Shown in pieces: positions 19,594 to 29,916 of a stretch of DNA of 64,000 nt. The notes beneath the pieces were generated by a model that saw only the letters and a program-made list of their open reading frames with translations, was not told where the DNA came from and did no database searches. The stretch spans positions 20,384 through 84,383 of the forward strand of contig JBBKWF010000012.1 in the NCBI GenBank assembly GCA_037968815.1, written 5' to 3'. Position numbers and translations under genes: made by a program. Numbering within the stretch: the stretch's first letter is position 1; each line of letters starts with the position of its first letter. This DNA comes from Pelobium sp. GTDB lineage: Bacteria; Bacteroidota; Bacteroidia; Sphingobacteriales; Sphingobacteriaceae.

Positions 19594-21423
19594 CTATGAA
19601 GAATATTCAAATTGCAATGTGCTCAAACGCTTGTATAAGCCATCTTCTAGTTGCGATAGTTCTTTGTGAGTTCCACTTTCAACAATCTGTCCATGGTCTA
19701 AAACAATAATTTTATCTGCTTCTCTAATGGTTGATAATCGGTGAGCAATAATTATTGATGTTCTACCTTTCATCAAAAGCTCTAAAGCTTCCTGTACTAA
19801 TTTTTCTGATTCAGAATCTAAAGAAGAAGTTGCTTCATCCAAAATTAAAATAGCCGGATCTTTTAATAAAGCTCTTGCAATGGCAATACGCTGTCTTTGC
19901 CCACCTGATAATTTAACACCACGCTCACCAACTACGGTGTCGTAACCTTCTGGGAAACCCGAAACAAACTGATGTGCGTTGGCTTTTCTGGCAGCTTCCA
20001 TAATTTCTTCATCGCTTGCGCTGAGTTTGCCGTAAGCTATGTTTTCTTTAATGGTTCCTCCAAACAAAATAACATCCTGTGGTACAATAGCCACTTGGTT
20101 TCTAATATCTGTTAAAGCAAGGTCTTTAATGGATTGTCCGTCAAATAAAATGGAACCTGTTTGTAGGTTATAAAACCTAAGAATTAAACTAGCGATAGTT
20201 GACTTTCCAGCTCCGGATGGACCTACAATTGCTACTTTTTCACCTGCATTCGCGTCAAAAGAAACGCCGTTTAGCACTTTTATATCCGGACGAGAAGGAT
20301 AGTTGAAAAAAGCATTCTGAAAGCTGATATTTCCTTTTAAAATCTGTTTAATCTGATTGTTTTTTGGGTCAATAGAGATTGGCTCATTTTCTTCATCTAA
20401 TATTTCTAACACTCTTTCAGATGCTCCAATTGCCTTTTGTACATTAGCGTATAGCTCTGGAAAACTGCCCATACTTGCACCTACAAAGAAGGAATATAAA
20501 AGATAAGCAACAATATCACCCACAGACAAACTGCCAGCTTGAACTAAAAGAGCTCCGTACCAAAGAACGCCCATAATTGCCCCAAACAAACAGAAAACAA
20601 TAAAGGAAGCGAAAACGCCACGATAGTTTGCGCCTTTCAAAGCAATTTGAACTACTTTTTGTAAGCTTTTTTCATAACGATTGGCTTCATAAGCCTCATT
20701 TACAAATGCTTTAACATTTGATATACCTTGTAATGTTTCTTCAACAATAGTGTTAGACTCTGCTAACTTATCTTGTGCACTTTTTGAGATTTTACGTAAA
20801 GCTTTACCGAAGAAAACACCAGCAACTACAATCACTGGGAAAATACATAAAAGAAAAAAGGTAAGCTTTCCAGATACATAAATCAATATTCCAATACCAC
20901 CTACAAAAAGAATGATTTGTCTAAGCATTTCTGCTAAAGTGGTAGTCAAAGTATCCTGAACTTGAGATAAATCAGCTGATATTCTACTGTTTAACTCTCC
21001 AACTCTTCGGTTTGCGAAAAAGTTCATTGGAAGGGTAATCATCTTGAAATAAGTGTCTCTTCTAATGTCAGCTAGTGCTTTTTCCGCAACTTCAACAAAT
21101 AACCTAATTCTAAAAAATGAAACAAAAGCTTGTACAAATAATATAGCAAATGCAATGTAGCCTATTTGGTTAATGGAGTTTGGCAATCCATATTTTGGAG
21201 CTTTATCTGTTGCTACATCAATCATCACTTGAATTATAGCGGGAAATACTAAAGCACCTCCACTTGAAAGCAAAAGAAAAACAGTTCCAATAATATATTT
21301 TGTTTTATAAGGCTTTAGGTAACTAATTAAAGCACTTATTTTCTTGATGTTTTCTTTATTGATTTTTGATTTTGTGAACTCCTGAGCAGGAGTGGAGCTA
21401 CTATTTAATCCGTTTCTGGCCAT
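19594..21423 (-). CDS. ABC exporter, fused permease/ATPase (MsbA-like)
   Basis: TM domain; Walker A 'GPSGAGKST'; 'LSGGQRQR'; 'LDEATSSLD'; 'AHRLST'. Confidence 0.93.
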   Translation of the reverse strand: MARNGLNSSSTPAQEFTKSKINKENIKKISALISYLKPYKTKYIIGTVFLLLSSGGALVFPAIIQVMIDVATDKAPKYGLPNSINQIGYIAFAILFVQAFVSFFRIRLFVEVAEKALADIRRDTYFKMITLPMNFFANRRVGELNSRISADLSQVQDTLTTTLAEMLRQIILFVGGIGILIYVSGKLTFFLLCIFPVIVVAGVFFGKALRKISKSAQDKLAESNTIVEETLQGISNVKAFVNEAYEANRYEKSLQKVVQIALKGANYRGVFASFIVFCLFGAIMGVLWYGALLVQAGSLSVGDIVAYLLYSFFVGASMGSFPELYANVQKAIGASERVLEILDEENEPISIDPKNNQIKQILKGNISFQNAFFNYPSRPDIKVLNGVSFDANAGEKVAIVGPSGAGKSTIASLILRFYNLQTGSILFDGQSIKDLALTDIRNQVAIVPQDVILFGGTIKENIAYGKLSASDEEIMEAARKANAHQFVSGFPEGYDTVVGERGVKLSGGQRQRIAIARALLKDPAILILDEATSSLDSESEKLVQEALELLMKGRTSIIIAHRLSTIREADKIIVLDHGQIVESGTHKELSQLEDGLYKRLSTLQFEYSS

Positions 21424-21475
21424 TTAAAGGGTGTTATATGCGTCTGGAAATGATTTTATCCGTTGACAATGGGCG

Positions 21476-21483
21476 CAAAACTA
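21476..21483 (-). promoter_or_regulatory. Candidate -7 element TAGTTTTG
   Basis: TAnnTTTG match on the minus strand 52 nt upstream of the ABC gene. Confidence 0.45.
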
Positions 21484-21505
21484 AGATATATTTTAGTTAA
21501 TGCCT

Positions 21506-22015
21506 CTATTTAGATGAAATTTTACGGAACACAAACAGTGCGAAACTAATGATTGCCAAAGCCAAGGCAAAAGATACCAATTGGTAAAACTTTTTACTGT
21601 TTTTAACTTCTTGTAACTCTTTGCTTAACTTTTCATTTTGCGTATCTAGCTTGTTAATAGTACGCATATAGCCCATGTTTCTGCTTTCAGATTCTTTAGA
21701 TTCTGATGCTACTTTTTCTTGCTGATAAGTTTTAAAGTCTAGTAAGGTTTTGGTTTCTTTTAAAATTGAATTATCGGTTTCAATAATCTGCTTTAAAATG
21801 TCCATGCTTTTCTGCATGTCTTTTTTTGTTTTAAAGCCAAAGATGCCAGTTTTTTTGTCTAAACTTTCGGTAAACTGTCCAAATTTGCTTACTCTGGAAT
21901 CAAGCATTTCATTGATTTTGTTTCGCTGTAATTGATAAGCCAAACTATCTGTATTTTGAAAGCAAAATACAGGATAACTAACAGTCAGTAATAAAATGAT
22001 AATCAAAAACCTCAT
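21506..22015 (-). CDS. Hypothetical coiled-coil protein with signal peptide and C-terminal TM helix
   Basis: Hydrophobic N- and C-termini flanking a helical core. Confidence 0.65.
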   Translation of the reverse strand: MRFLIIILLLTVSYPVFCFQNTDSLAYQLQRNKINEMLDSRVSKFGQFTESLDKKTGIFGFKTKKDMQKSMDILKQIIETDNSILKETKTLLDFKTYQQEKVASESKESESRNMGYMRTINKLDTQNEKLSKELQEVKNSKKFYQLVSFALALAIISFALFVFRKISSK

Positions 22016-22017
22016 AA

Positions 22018-22794
22018 TTATATAAATTCAATTAAAACAGAGTCATTAGGTTTTAAACCTAATAAACCGCTTGCGTTCCCTTTATTAATAGCAATTTCTA
22101 AATGGTTTGATATGCCAAATAAGCATAAAATTTCTCCTGGAGGCACCTCGTCATAATGCCAAGATAGCTGACTAATTGTTTCTCCTTTTTTTAAGTGGAG
22201 CTTAAACTTTCGTCCCGATTGTACTTTGTTAAATAAATCTTTGGTGATGTTGGTAATTACGTTTTCAAAAGAATCAATAAAAATAATTTTCCCGCTGATG
22301 CTATTGCTTTCAATTACGGGGTGAAAATTCATTTTTTCTTCGATTTCAAAAGTGGGCACTCCAATTCCTTTTAAATCTCCATCAGAAGCTAAGTGGCAGG
22401 CGGCTTTTACAAAAATATCTGCTAAGGGGAAGTGTAAAAACTTTAAATCCTGCAGTATATTAAGTTCAACAACTTCTTGCGGAGCTTCCTCAAAAATTAA
22501 GGAAAATATGCCATTATCAGACCCAACGAAAAAATGATCGCGGTATTTTACCGCTAAATATTTATTTGAAGCACTATAAACGGTGTCAATCCCAATTAAA
22601 TGAACAGTACTTTTTGGGAAATAATGGAAGCAATTTTTTAAAAGAAAGGCGGCCTTTGAAATATTAAACGCCTCAATTTCATGGGTAATATCAACAATAT
22701 TAACAGAAGGCAAGGTACTCAAGATACTGCCTTTCAACGCTGCCTGATAAAAATCTTTATAACCTAAATCTGTGGTTAAAGTAATAATTGCCAT
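22018..22794 (-). CDS. SAM hydrolase / halogenase-family protein (DUF62)
   Basis: 'IITLTTDLG', 'IVDITHEI', 'FVGSDNGIF', 'IDSFENVITN', 'LEIAINKGNAS..LGL'. Confidence 0.88.
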   Translation of the reverse strand: MAIITLTTDLGYKDFYQAALKGSILSTLPSVNIVDITHEIEAFNISKAAFLLKNCFHYFPKSTVHLIGIDTVYSASNKYLAVKYRDHFFVGSDNGIFSLIFEEAPQEVVELNILQDLKFLHFPLADIFVKAACHLASDGDLKGIGVPTFEIEEKMNFHPVIESNSISGKIIFIDSFENVITNITKDLFNKVQSGRKFKLHLKKGETISQLSWHYDEVPPGEILCLFGISNHLEIAINKGNASGLLGLKPNDSVLIEFI

Positions 22795-22895
22795 TAATAT
22801 TATGAATATTTATTCTTAATCTTGTATCACAAGATTAATGCTACAAATATTAAATTTTTAATTCACATTCATACCAGAAACATAAAATCTATACA

Positions 22896-23870
22896 TTGAA
22901 CGAGCTGAAAATTACTTTAGAAGCAGTGAGTCCCGCAGTACTTTGGGGACCAAATAACGAGTATTTTGAGTTAATAAAACGTTCTTTTCCAAAACTTAAA
23001 GTAGTTGCCCGTGGTGATGAGGTGAAAGTTTTGGGCGACGAGCAAGAAATAATTCAATTTAATACAAAGCTTACTGCAATTATTGATCATTTAGATAAAT
23101 ATCAGAATTTATCTACCAATGATATTGAATCTATTTTAGGCGAAAAGGCTAAGCCAGCTCTTAAATCAGAAAAAGCAGAAGGAGAACCAGCAAATACAGC
23201 GGCTTCTTCTGCAGAAGTAATTGTTTTTGGCCCTAACGGTATTATGGTGAAAGCCAGAACCGATAACCAGCGTCGTATGGTAACTAGTATCGTTAAAAAC
23301 GATGTGATTTTTGCCATTGGCCCTGCCGGTACGGGTAAAACTTATACCGCGGTTGCTTTGGCAGTGAGGGCTTTAAAAAACAAAGAAATAAAGCGTATTA
23401 TTTTAACACGTCCGGCGGTAGAAGCAGGGGAGAACCTAGGTTTTTTACCAGGCGATATGAAGGAAAAAATTGATCCTTATTTGCGTCCTTTATATGATGC
23501 TTTGGATGATATGCTTCCGCCAGATAAACTGAGGCTATATCTTGAAAATAGAACAATTGAAATTGCGCCTTTAGCATTTATGCGTGGCCGTACTTTAGAC
23601 AACTGTTTTGTAATTTTAGATGAAGCACAGAATGCCACTGATATGCAGTTGAAAATGTTTTTAACTCGTATGGGGCCATCTGCAAAGTTTATTGTAACCG
23701 GTGATGTTACTCAAGTAGATTTACCTAAAAAGCAAATGTCTGGTTTGTTTAATGGACTACGTATTTTAGAGGGCATTAAAGGAATTGACATTATTTATTT
23801 AAGTGGTAAAGACGTAGTACGCCATAAATTGGTGGTTAAAATATTAGAAGCTTACGGTGATATTCAATAA
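22896..23870 (+). CDS. phoH: PhoH-family ATPase
   Basis: 'GPAGTGKT', 'LTRPAVEAGE.LGFLPG', 'FMRGRT', 'DEAQN', 'GDVTQVDL'. TTG start. Confidence 0.93.
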   Translation: MNELKITLEAVSPAVLWGPNNEYFELIKRSFPKLKVVARGDEVKVLGDEQEIIQFNTKLTAIIDHLDKYQNLSTNDIESILGEKAKPALKSEKAEGEPANTAASSAEVIVFGPNGIMVKARTDNQRRMVTSIVKNDVIFAIGPAGTGKTYTAVALAVRALKNKEIKRIILTRPAVEAGENLGFLPGDMKEKIDPYLRPLYDALDDMLPPDKLRLYLENRTIEIAPLAFMRGRTLDNCFVILDEAQNATDMQLKMFLTRMGPSAKFIVTGDVTQVDLPKKQMSGLFNGLRILEGIKGIDIIYLSGKDVVRHKLVVKILEAYGDIQ

Positions 23871-23901
23871 GTTAAAAGTTTAAAGTATAAATCGAGATTT
23901 A

Positions 23902-23960
23902 GAGGTTGAAAGTTAAGAGTGTAAATGGCTTTTACCTTTCAACTTTTACCTTTCAACTCC
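23902..23960. repeat. Paired short-tandem-repeat hairpin (CTTTTACCTTTCAA x2 with complementary left arm)
   Basis: Exact 14-mer direct repeat at 23929-23942 and 23943-23956; left arm gaggttgaaagttaagag is its near reverse complement. Confidence 0.65.
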
Positions 23961-23967
23961 ATTAAAA

Positions 23968-24912
23968 ATGCAAGCAATAAAAGAAACAAATTTCGAACTC
24001 CCTAAGCAAACAGGGTTTTATAAAGGTAAAGTAAGAGACGTTTATACGATTGACAATCAATACTTAGTAATGGTAGTTAGTGATAGAATATCTGCGTTTG
24101 ATGTGGTTTTGCCAGAAGCTATTCCTTATAAAGGCCAAGTGTTGAACCAAATTGCTGCTATTTTTTTAGAAGCTACTAAAGATATAGTTCCAAATTGGGT
24201 AATAACCGTACCAGATCCAAGTGTAACAATCGGCAAAATTTGTGAGCCATTTAAGGTTGAAATGGTGATTAGAGGTTATTTAGCTGGTCATGCTGCCCGC
24301 GAATATGCTTTAGGCAAAAGAGAAATTTGTGGGGTTAAATTACCAGAAGGTTTAAAAGAGAACGATAAACTACCTCAACCAATTATTACACCAACAACTA
24401 AGGCTTCTGTTGGACATGATGAGGATATTTCTAGAGAAGATATTTTAGCAAAAGGTATTGTTAGTGAAGAAGACTATGTGAAATTAGAAAACTATACCCG
24501 AGCGTTATATCAGAGAGGGACAGAAATTGCAGGAGAAAGAGATTTAATATTGGTAGATACTAAATATGAATTTGGGAAAGTAGATGGGGTGATTTATTTG
24601 ATCGATGAAATTCACACACCAGACTCCTCAAGATACTTTTATAAGGATAGCTATCAAGAATTGCAAGACAAAAGCCAGCCTCAAAAACAACTTTCTAAAG
24701 AATTTGTACGTCAGTGGTTAATTGAAAATGGTTTTCAAGGTAAAGATGGGCAAAAAGTACCTGTGATGGATGAAGATAAAGTAGCTTCTATATCAGCTAG
24801 GTACATAGAGCTTTACGAGAAAATAACGGGCAAAGAGTTTGTTAAAGAAAATGCAGATAATGTTTATAGTAGAGTAGAAAATAATATTTTATCAGCTATT
24901 AAGACCATCTAA
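23968..24912 (+). CDS. purC: SAICAR synthetase
   Basis: 'YKGKVRDVY', 'DRISAFD', 'KGQVLN', 'LVDTKYEFG', '[10 protein letters not shown]'. Confidence 0.95.
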   Translation: MQAIKETNFELPKQTGFYKGKVRDVYTIDNQYLVMVVSDRISAFDVVLPEAIPYKGQVLNQIAAIFLEATKDIVPNWVITVPDPSVTIGKICEPFKVEMVIRGYLAGHAAREYALGKREICGVKLPEGLKENDKLPQPIITPTTKASVGHDEDISREDILAKGIVSEEDYVKLENYTRALYQRGTEIAGERDLILVDTKYEFGKVDGVIYLIDEIHTPDSSRYFYKDSYQELQDKSQPQKQLSKEFVRQWLIENGFQGKDGQKVPVMDEDKVASISARYIELYEKITGKEFVKENADNVYSRVENNILSAIKTI

Positions 24913-24965
24913 ATATTATTTTTTTTTAAAAGAAAAAAAACTAACTTAGACAAATAAGTTACTAT

Positions 24966-25343
24966 ATGAAATTTACAGTAGATAAACACGAAAAATACAT
25001 TTTACTTAAACTAGACGAAAGCAAGCTTAATTCGCTGATTTCGCCTAAATTAAAATCAGAATTAATCTTAACTAATACCGAAGGACAGCGTAATATAATT
25101 TTAGATATGTCTGAAGTTAAGTATGCTGATTCTAGCGGTTTAAGTAGTCTTTTAGTAGGTCATCGTTTGTGTAAAAATGCCGAAGGCGTATTTATATTGA
25201 CAGGGATAAACGATGCTGTTTCAAGGTTAATTACCATATCTCAATTAGATAATGTAATTACTATCGTACCAAGTGTTGAAGAAGCTATCGATCTTATTTT
25301 TATGGAAGAGATTGAAAAAGAATTAAAAAAGGAGAGCAAATAG
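24966..25343 (+). CDS. STAS-domain anti-sigma-factor antagonist
   Basis: 'IILDMSEVKYADSSGLSSL' STAS phospho-serine motif. Confidence 0.88.
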   Translation: MKFTVDKHEKYILLKLDESKLNSLISPKLKSELILTNTEGQRNIILDMSEVKYADSSGLSSLLVGHRLCKNAEGVFILTGINDAVSRLITISQLDNVITIVPSVEEAIDLIFMEEIEKELKKESK

Positions 25344-25382
25344 AGCCTGAAAGCCCTATCTCCAATAAACAGACCCGGACAG

Positions 25383-26294
25383 ATGAAATTTGAGGTAACG
25401 ATTTTGGGCAGTAGTTCGGCAACCCCTATATTTCATAGAAACCCTACTTCTCAGATACTAAACATAAACGAAAAACTAATGATGATTGATTGCGGTGAAG
25501 GCACTCAACAGCAAATGATTCGTTATGGAATAAAGTATCATAAAATTGACCATATTTTTATTAGCCACCTACATGGTGACCATTTTTTTGGGTTAATCGG
25601 ACTTATTTCTTCCATGCATTTAAATGGAAGAACCAAGCCATTATATCTTTACGCTCCGCCACAAATTCAAGAAATTCTAGAACTTCAGTTTAAACATTCA
25701 GGTACTATTATTAAATTTCCAATTGAATACCGGTTTACGCAAGCTGATAAAAGAGAACTTATTTTAGAAACTAACGATTTAACGGTGGAAACGTTTGTCT
25801 TAAACCACCGTATTCCGTGTACAGGTTTTATCTTTAGAGAAAAGCTAAGACAACGAAAAATAGATAAGGTTAAAGCCGAAGAACTTAATATTCCGCAACA
25901 ATATTATGCACTCCTAAAAAAAGGGATTGATTTTATTGATGAGAAAGGAGTGAAGCACCAAGCTAAAGATTTAACCCTAGATCCTGATGAACCAAAAGCA
26001 TACGCTTACTGTTCTGATACGGTTGCAGATGGTTCTTACAATGCCGAATTAGAGAATATCGACACCCTTTATCACGAATCAACATTTATGCATGATATGG
26101 TAGATAGAGCAAAAGAAACTTTCCATACCACTTCTTACGAGGTTGCTAACCTTGCTAAAGACAAGGCTGTTAAAAAGCTGTTAATTGGACATTTTTCTGC
26201 TCGTTACCGAGATTTAACACCTATGCTATTAGAGGCTAAAGAAGTATTTGCTAATACTTACCTTGCCCAAGAAGGCGAAACTTTTATGATATAA
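25383..26294 (+). CDS. rnz: Ribonuclease Z
   Basis: 'ILGSSSATP', 'DCGEGTQ', 'SHLHGDH', 'YCSDT', 'HESTF', 'GHFSARY'. Confidence 0.95.
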   Translation: MKFEVTILGSSSATPIFHRNPTSQILNINEKLMMIDCGEGTQQQMIRYGIKYHKIDHIFISHLHGDHFFGLIGLISSMHLNGRTKPLYLYAPPQIQEILELQFKHSGTIIKFPIEYRFTQADKRELILETNDLTVETFVLNHRIPCTGFIFREKLRQRKIDKVKAEELNIPQQYYALLKKGIDFIDEKGVKHQAKDLTLDPDEPKAYAYCSDTVADGSYNAELENIDTLYHESTFMHDMVDRAKETFHTTSYEVANLAKDKAVKKLLIGHFSARYRDLTPMLLEAKEVFANTYLAQEGETFMI

Positions 26295-26500
26295 GTTTAT
26301 CTTAAAAATAAGTTTTCTTGTTAAAAATCAACTCATTTAAGCGGAAACGTTTTATATAAAAGCAGCAAATCTTCTTTTTGCTTCATAAACGACATTTAAA
26401 TAATATTATTAGCTTTTCATTCTCAATTTTATAAAGCTTTTAGCTATTTTAGCCCGCGTTTAAAAACAATGTAAAAATTAAGGTTTATCATATTTAAATA

Positions 26501-27814
26501 ATGAAAGTTTTAAAATTTGGAGGGACTTCTGTAGGTAGTCCAGAGCGGATGAAGAAATTGTTGGATATTATAGATCCAACAGAAAAACAGATAGTGGTTT
26601 TGTCAGCTGTTTCTGGCACAACCAATAATTTAGTTGAAATTTCTCAAGCATTTTTAGCCACAGATAAACAGCTAGCTAATGAGCTAATTAAAACACTAAA
26701 AGATAAGTATGAAATCTTTATTAAAGAGCTATTAGCTAAGCCAGAATATTTAGCTCAAGCTAAAGAAGTTATTGATTATCATTTTGATATACTTTATGCT
26801 TTTTCTAACGATTTGTTTACTTCTGCCGAAGAAAAAATTGTTTTAGCACAAGGTGAATTGCTGTCAACAACGCTTTATCACATTTATTTAAAAGAAATTG
26901 GTGTACCGTCGGTACTATTACCTGCATTGGATTTCATGAGAACCGATGACGATAATGAACCAATTGTTGATCATATCACAGAGCATTTACAACCATTGCT
27001 GGACCAAGCTCAGGATGTTAATCTTTTTATTACCCAAGGTTTTATTTGTAGAAACTCATTTGGCGAAATTGATAACCTTAGAAGAGGAGGAAGCGATTAT
27101 ACAGCATCATTAATTGGATCGGGTATAAAAGCAGAAGAGGTGCAAATTTGGACAGATATTGACGGAATGCATAATAACGATCCTCGTATTGTTAAAGGTA
27201 CCAAACCTATTGCTCGTTTATCTTTTGATGAAGCGGCCGAGTTAGCTTATTTTGGAGCTAAAATTTTGCATCCACAATCTGTTTTTCCTGCACAGAAATA
27301 TAAAATTCCGGTTAGGCTGTTAAATACAATGGAGCCTCAAGCTTTTGGAACATTGATTTCTGCTGATAGCGAAAAAGGTAAAATTAAATCGATTGCAGCT
27401 AAAGATGGTATAACCGCTATTAGGATACAAAGTAGCCGTATGTTGTTAGCTTATGGGTTTTTACGTCGCGTTTTCGAAGTATTTGAGCGTTACAAAACTC
27501 CAATTGATATGATTACTACTTCTGAAGTTGCGGTTTCGTTAACCATTGACGATACTCGTTATTTAGGAGAAATTACCAAAGATTTAAGTGATTTTGGTGT
27601 TGTAGAGGTGGATGTAAACCAATCTATTATTTGTGTAGTTGGTGATTTAGGTGCAAAATCTCATGGTTTTGCTTCTCGTGTTTTCGAATCTCTGAAACAT
27701 ATTCCTTTAAGAATGATTTCATACGGTGGTAGTAACTGTAATATTTCTTTTTTGGTAAAAACTGAAGATAAAGTAGAAACTTTAAGAAGCTTGCACAACC
27801 GTTTATTTGAATAA
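26501..27814 (+). CDS. lysC: Aspartate kinase
   Basis: 'KFGGTSVG', 'RGGSDYTA', 'WTDIDG', 'YFGAKILHP', ACT domains; upstream of lysA. Confidence 0.92.
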   Translation: MKVLKFGGTSVGSPERMKKLLDIIDPTEKQIVVLSAVSGTTNNLVEISQAFLATDKQLANELIKTLKDKYEIFIKELLAKPEYLAQAKEVIDYHFDILYAFSNDLFTSAEEKIVLAQGELLSTTLYHIYLKEIGVPSVLLPALDFMRTDDDNEPIVDHITEHLQPLLDQAQDVNLFITQGFICRNSFGEIDNLRRGGSDYTASLIGSGIKAEEVQIWTDIDGMHNNDPRIVKGTKPIARLSFDEAAELAYFGAKILHPQSVFPAQKYKIPVRLLNTMEPQAFGTLISADSEKGKIKSIAAKDGITAIRIQSSRMLLAYGFLRRVFEVFERYKTPIDMITTSEVAVSLTIDDTRYLGEITKDLSDFGVVEVDVNQSIICVVGDLGAKSHGFASRVFESLKHIPLRMISYGGSNCNISFLVKTEDKVETLRSLHNRLFE

Positions 27815-27816
27815 GA

Positions 27817-28986
27817 ATGATAAAAATGTTTGATCAAAAAGTTGTTGATACTTTTCAAAATCAAGAAACTCCATTTTATTATTATGATTTGAGTTTGCTT
27901 AAGCGCACTTTAAAAGAATGTGCCGAAGCTGCAAACCAATATAACTATCATGTGCATTTTGCGTTGAAAGCTAATTTTAACGATAAAGTTTTATCTACTA
28001 TAAAAGCGCAAGGTTTTGGTGCTGATTGTGTTTCTGGTGGCGAAGTAAAAAAAGCTGTAGAAACTGGGTTTACACCACAACAAATAGTTTTTGCAGGTGT
28101 AGGTAAGTCTGATAGAGAAATTAACTACGCTTTGGATCAGGATATTTTCGCTTTCAACGTGGAATCTATTCAGGAGTTAGAGGTAATTAATGAATTGGCG
28201 ACAGCTAAAGGTAAAATAGCTAAAGTAGCTATCAGAATTAACCCTAATGTTGATGCACATACCCATCACTATATTACAACTGGTCTTGATGAGAATAAAT
28301 TTGGAATAAACTCTTGGGATTTACCCACAGTTGCCGAAACGCTTAAAAATTGTGAAAATTTAAGTTTTTTAGGGATTCATTTTCATGTGGGTTCACAAAT
28401 TTTAGACATGAACGTTTTTAAAAGTTTATGTGTAAAAGTGAACGAAATGCAAGCTTGGTTTGAGGAACGTGGAATGCCTGTTAAAGTACTAAACGTGGGC
28501 GGTGGTTTAGGTGTTGACTATCAACATCCGGACGAAAATCCTGTTTCAGACTTTAAAGCTTACTTTAAAATTTTCGATGATTTTTTAACCGTAAAACCTC
28601 ACCAAGAAGTTCATTTTGAGTTAGGTAGAGCTTTAGTTGCTCAATGTAGTAGTTTGATATCTAGTGTTCTATATATTAAGAACGGAATCAAAAAGAATTT
28701 TGCTGTTTTAGATGCAGGGATGACGGAATTGATGCGTCCCGCTCTATATCAAGCCTATCATAAAATTGAAAACATCAGCAAATTAGATAGTGAAGAAGCA
28801 GTAGTTACTTACGATGTTGTCGGTCCAATTTGTGAATCTTCAGATTGTTTTGGTAAGGATGTTAATATGCCAGATACCAAACGTGGCGATTTAATAGCTT
28901 TAAGAACTGCAGGTGCTTATGGCGAAGTTATGGCATCAGCCTATAACCTTCGTCCGGATATTAGACACGTATTCTCTGGAGAATAA
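27817..28986 (+). CDS. lysA: Diaminopimelate decarboxylase
   Basis: PLP Lys 'ALKAN', 'ENKFG', 'HFHVGSQI', 'VGGGLG', 'GPICESSD', 'AGAYG'. The true start may be 27826. Confidence 0.95.
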   Translation: MIKMFDQKVVDTFQNQETPFYYYDLSLLKRTLKECAEAANQYNYHVHFALKANFNDKVLSTIKAQGFGADCVSGGEVKKAVETGFTPQQIVFAGVGKSDREINYALDQDIFAFNVESIQELEVINELATAKGKIAKVAIRINPNVDAHTHHYITTGLDENKFGINSWDLPTVAETLKNCENLSFLGIHFHVGSQILDMNVFKSLCVKVNEMQAWFEERGMPVKVLNVGGGLGVDYQHPDENPVSDFKAYFKIFDDFLTVKPHQEVHFELGRALVAQCSSLISSVLYIKNGIKKNFAVLDAGMTELMRPALYQAYHKIENISKLDSEEAVVTYDVVGPICESSDCFGKDVNMPDTKRGDLIALRTAGAYGEVMASAYNLRPDIRHVFSGE

Positions 28987-29005
28987 ATAGAGATAAGAAC
29001 AAAAT

Positions 29006-29039
29006 AAAGCCCCAATTAAACTATTTTAATTGGGGCTTT
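29006..29039. terminator. Bidirectional terminator
   Basis: aaagccccaattaaa-ctat-tttaattggggcttt. Confidence 0.85.
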
Positions 29040-29061
29040 TATATTTATGAATTAGGATATG

Positions 29062-29553
29062 CTATTTAATTAAATGCAATATTTCACCTAAAGGTTGGTC
29101 AATCTCAATTTTAATTCCAGTCATTCCGGCTGCTTCAGCTGCTTCCACATCGGTGTGTTTGTCTCCAATAAAGTAACATAAAGAAGGTTCTAAATCAAAG
29201 TCCTTAACTCCGTTCAACAGCATCCCTGGTTTAGGTTTACGGCAATCACATTCGCCAGTAAAGTTAGGGTGGTGGGGGCAATAGTAGAAGTGCGAAATGA
29301 TAATGCCATGCTTTAAATAGTCGGCTTCAACATGGTCATGCATCTGTTTTAAAATGGCCTCAGTGTACCAACCTTTTGCCAAACCACCTTGGTTTGTAGC
29401 TACCAATATTAAATAACCCCTACTTTGTAATTCATTTAAAGCATCGTAATTATGTGTTAATATTTCAAAGTCTTCAAACTTGCAAACATAGTCGCCAAGT
29501 TCTTTGTTAATTACACCGTCTCTATCTAAAAATATTGCTTTCTTTTTTTCCAT
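29062..29553 (-). CDS. gmhB: HAD-IIIA phosphatase (heptose-1,7-bisphosphate phosphatase-like)
   Basis: 'FLDRDGVIN', 'TNQGG', 'CPHHP', 'CRKPKPGM', 'IGDK.TD'. Confidence 0.85.
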   Translation of the reverse strand: MEKKKAIFLDRDGVINKELGDYVCKFEDFEILTHNYDALNELQSRGYLILVATNQGGLAKGWYTEAILKQMHDHVEADYLKHGIIISHFYYCPHHPNFTGECDCRKPKPGMLLNGVKDFDLEPSLCYFIGDKHTDVEAAEAAGMTGIKIEIDQPLGEILHLIK

Positions 29554-29916
29554 TCCTGTCTTTTAAGCAGGCGAATTTACCTAAAATTTACCATATTGAT
29601 TTTTTTGAAATGGATTATTAAAACAAGCTTAGCTAGGATATTGAGCTAAAAAACCATACTTATTTGATGAAAAAACGACGTTTTAAGGTGCTTTTTGCTT
29701 TAAAAACGCTACTTTTTTTAATTCTGAAAAGGTAAATAAAGATGATTTTCATTGCTGTTTTTTCAAAATATTAATATTTTATTTGCGTTTTTGTTAATAT
29801 TTAAACCTTTTCTATGTCTTTTTCTTGTGTATTTCATAAAAAAAAAGATGAGTAATTATATCCAAAAATTTATTCATATTTTGAACTCCCAAACCCAAAC
29901 TTTAAAATAGAATTGA

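Noticed and set aside
22018-22794. Fluorinase/chlorinase natural-product pathway
   Set aside because: No biosynthetic cluster nearby, and most DUF62 family members are not halogenases.
26295-26500. Possible lysine riboswitch or leader peptide before lysC-lysA
   Set aside because: Very AT-rich, with no extended stems and no Lys/Thr-rich mini-ORF found.
29554-29916. Long intergenic region before gltB as a possible ncRNA or small ORF
   Set aside because: A/T tracts only; no stable structure or credible ORF seen. Likely a divergent promoter region.
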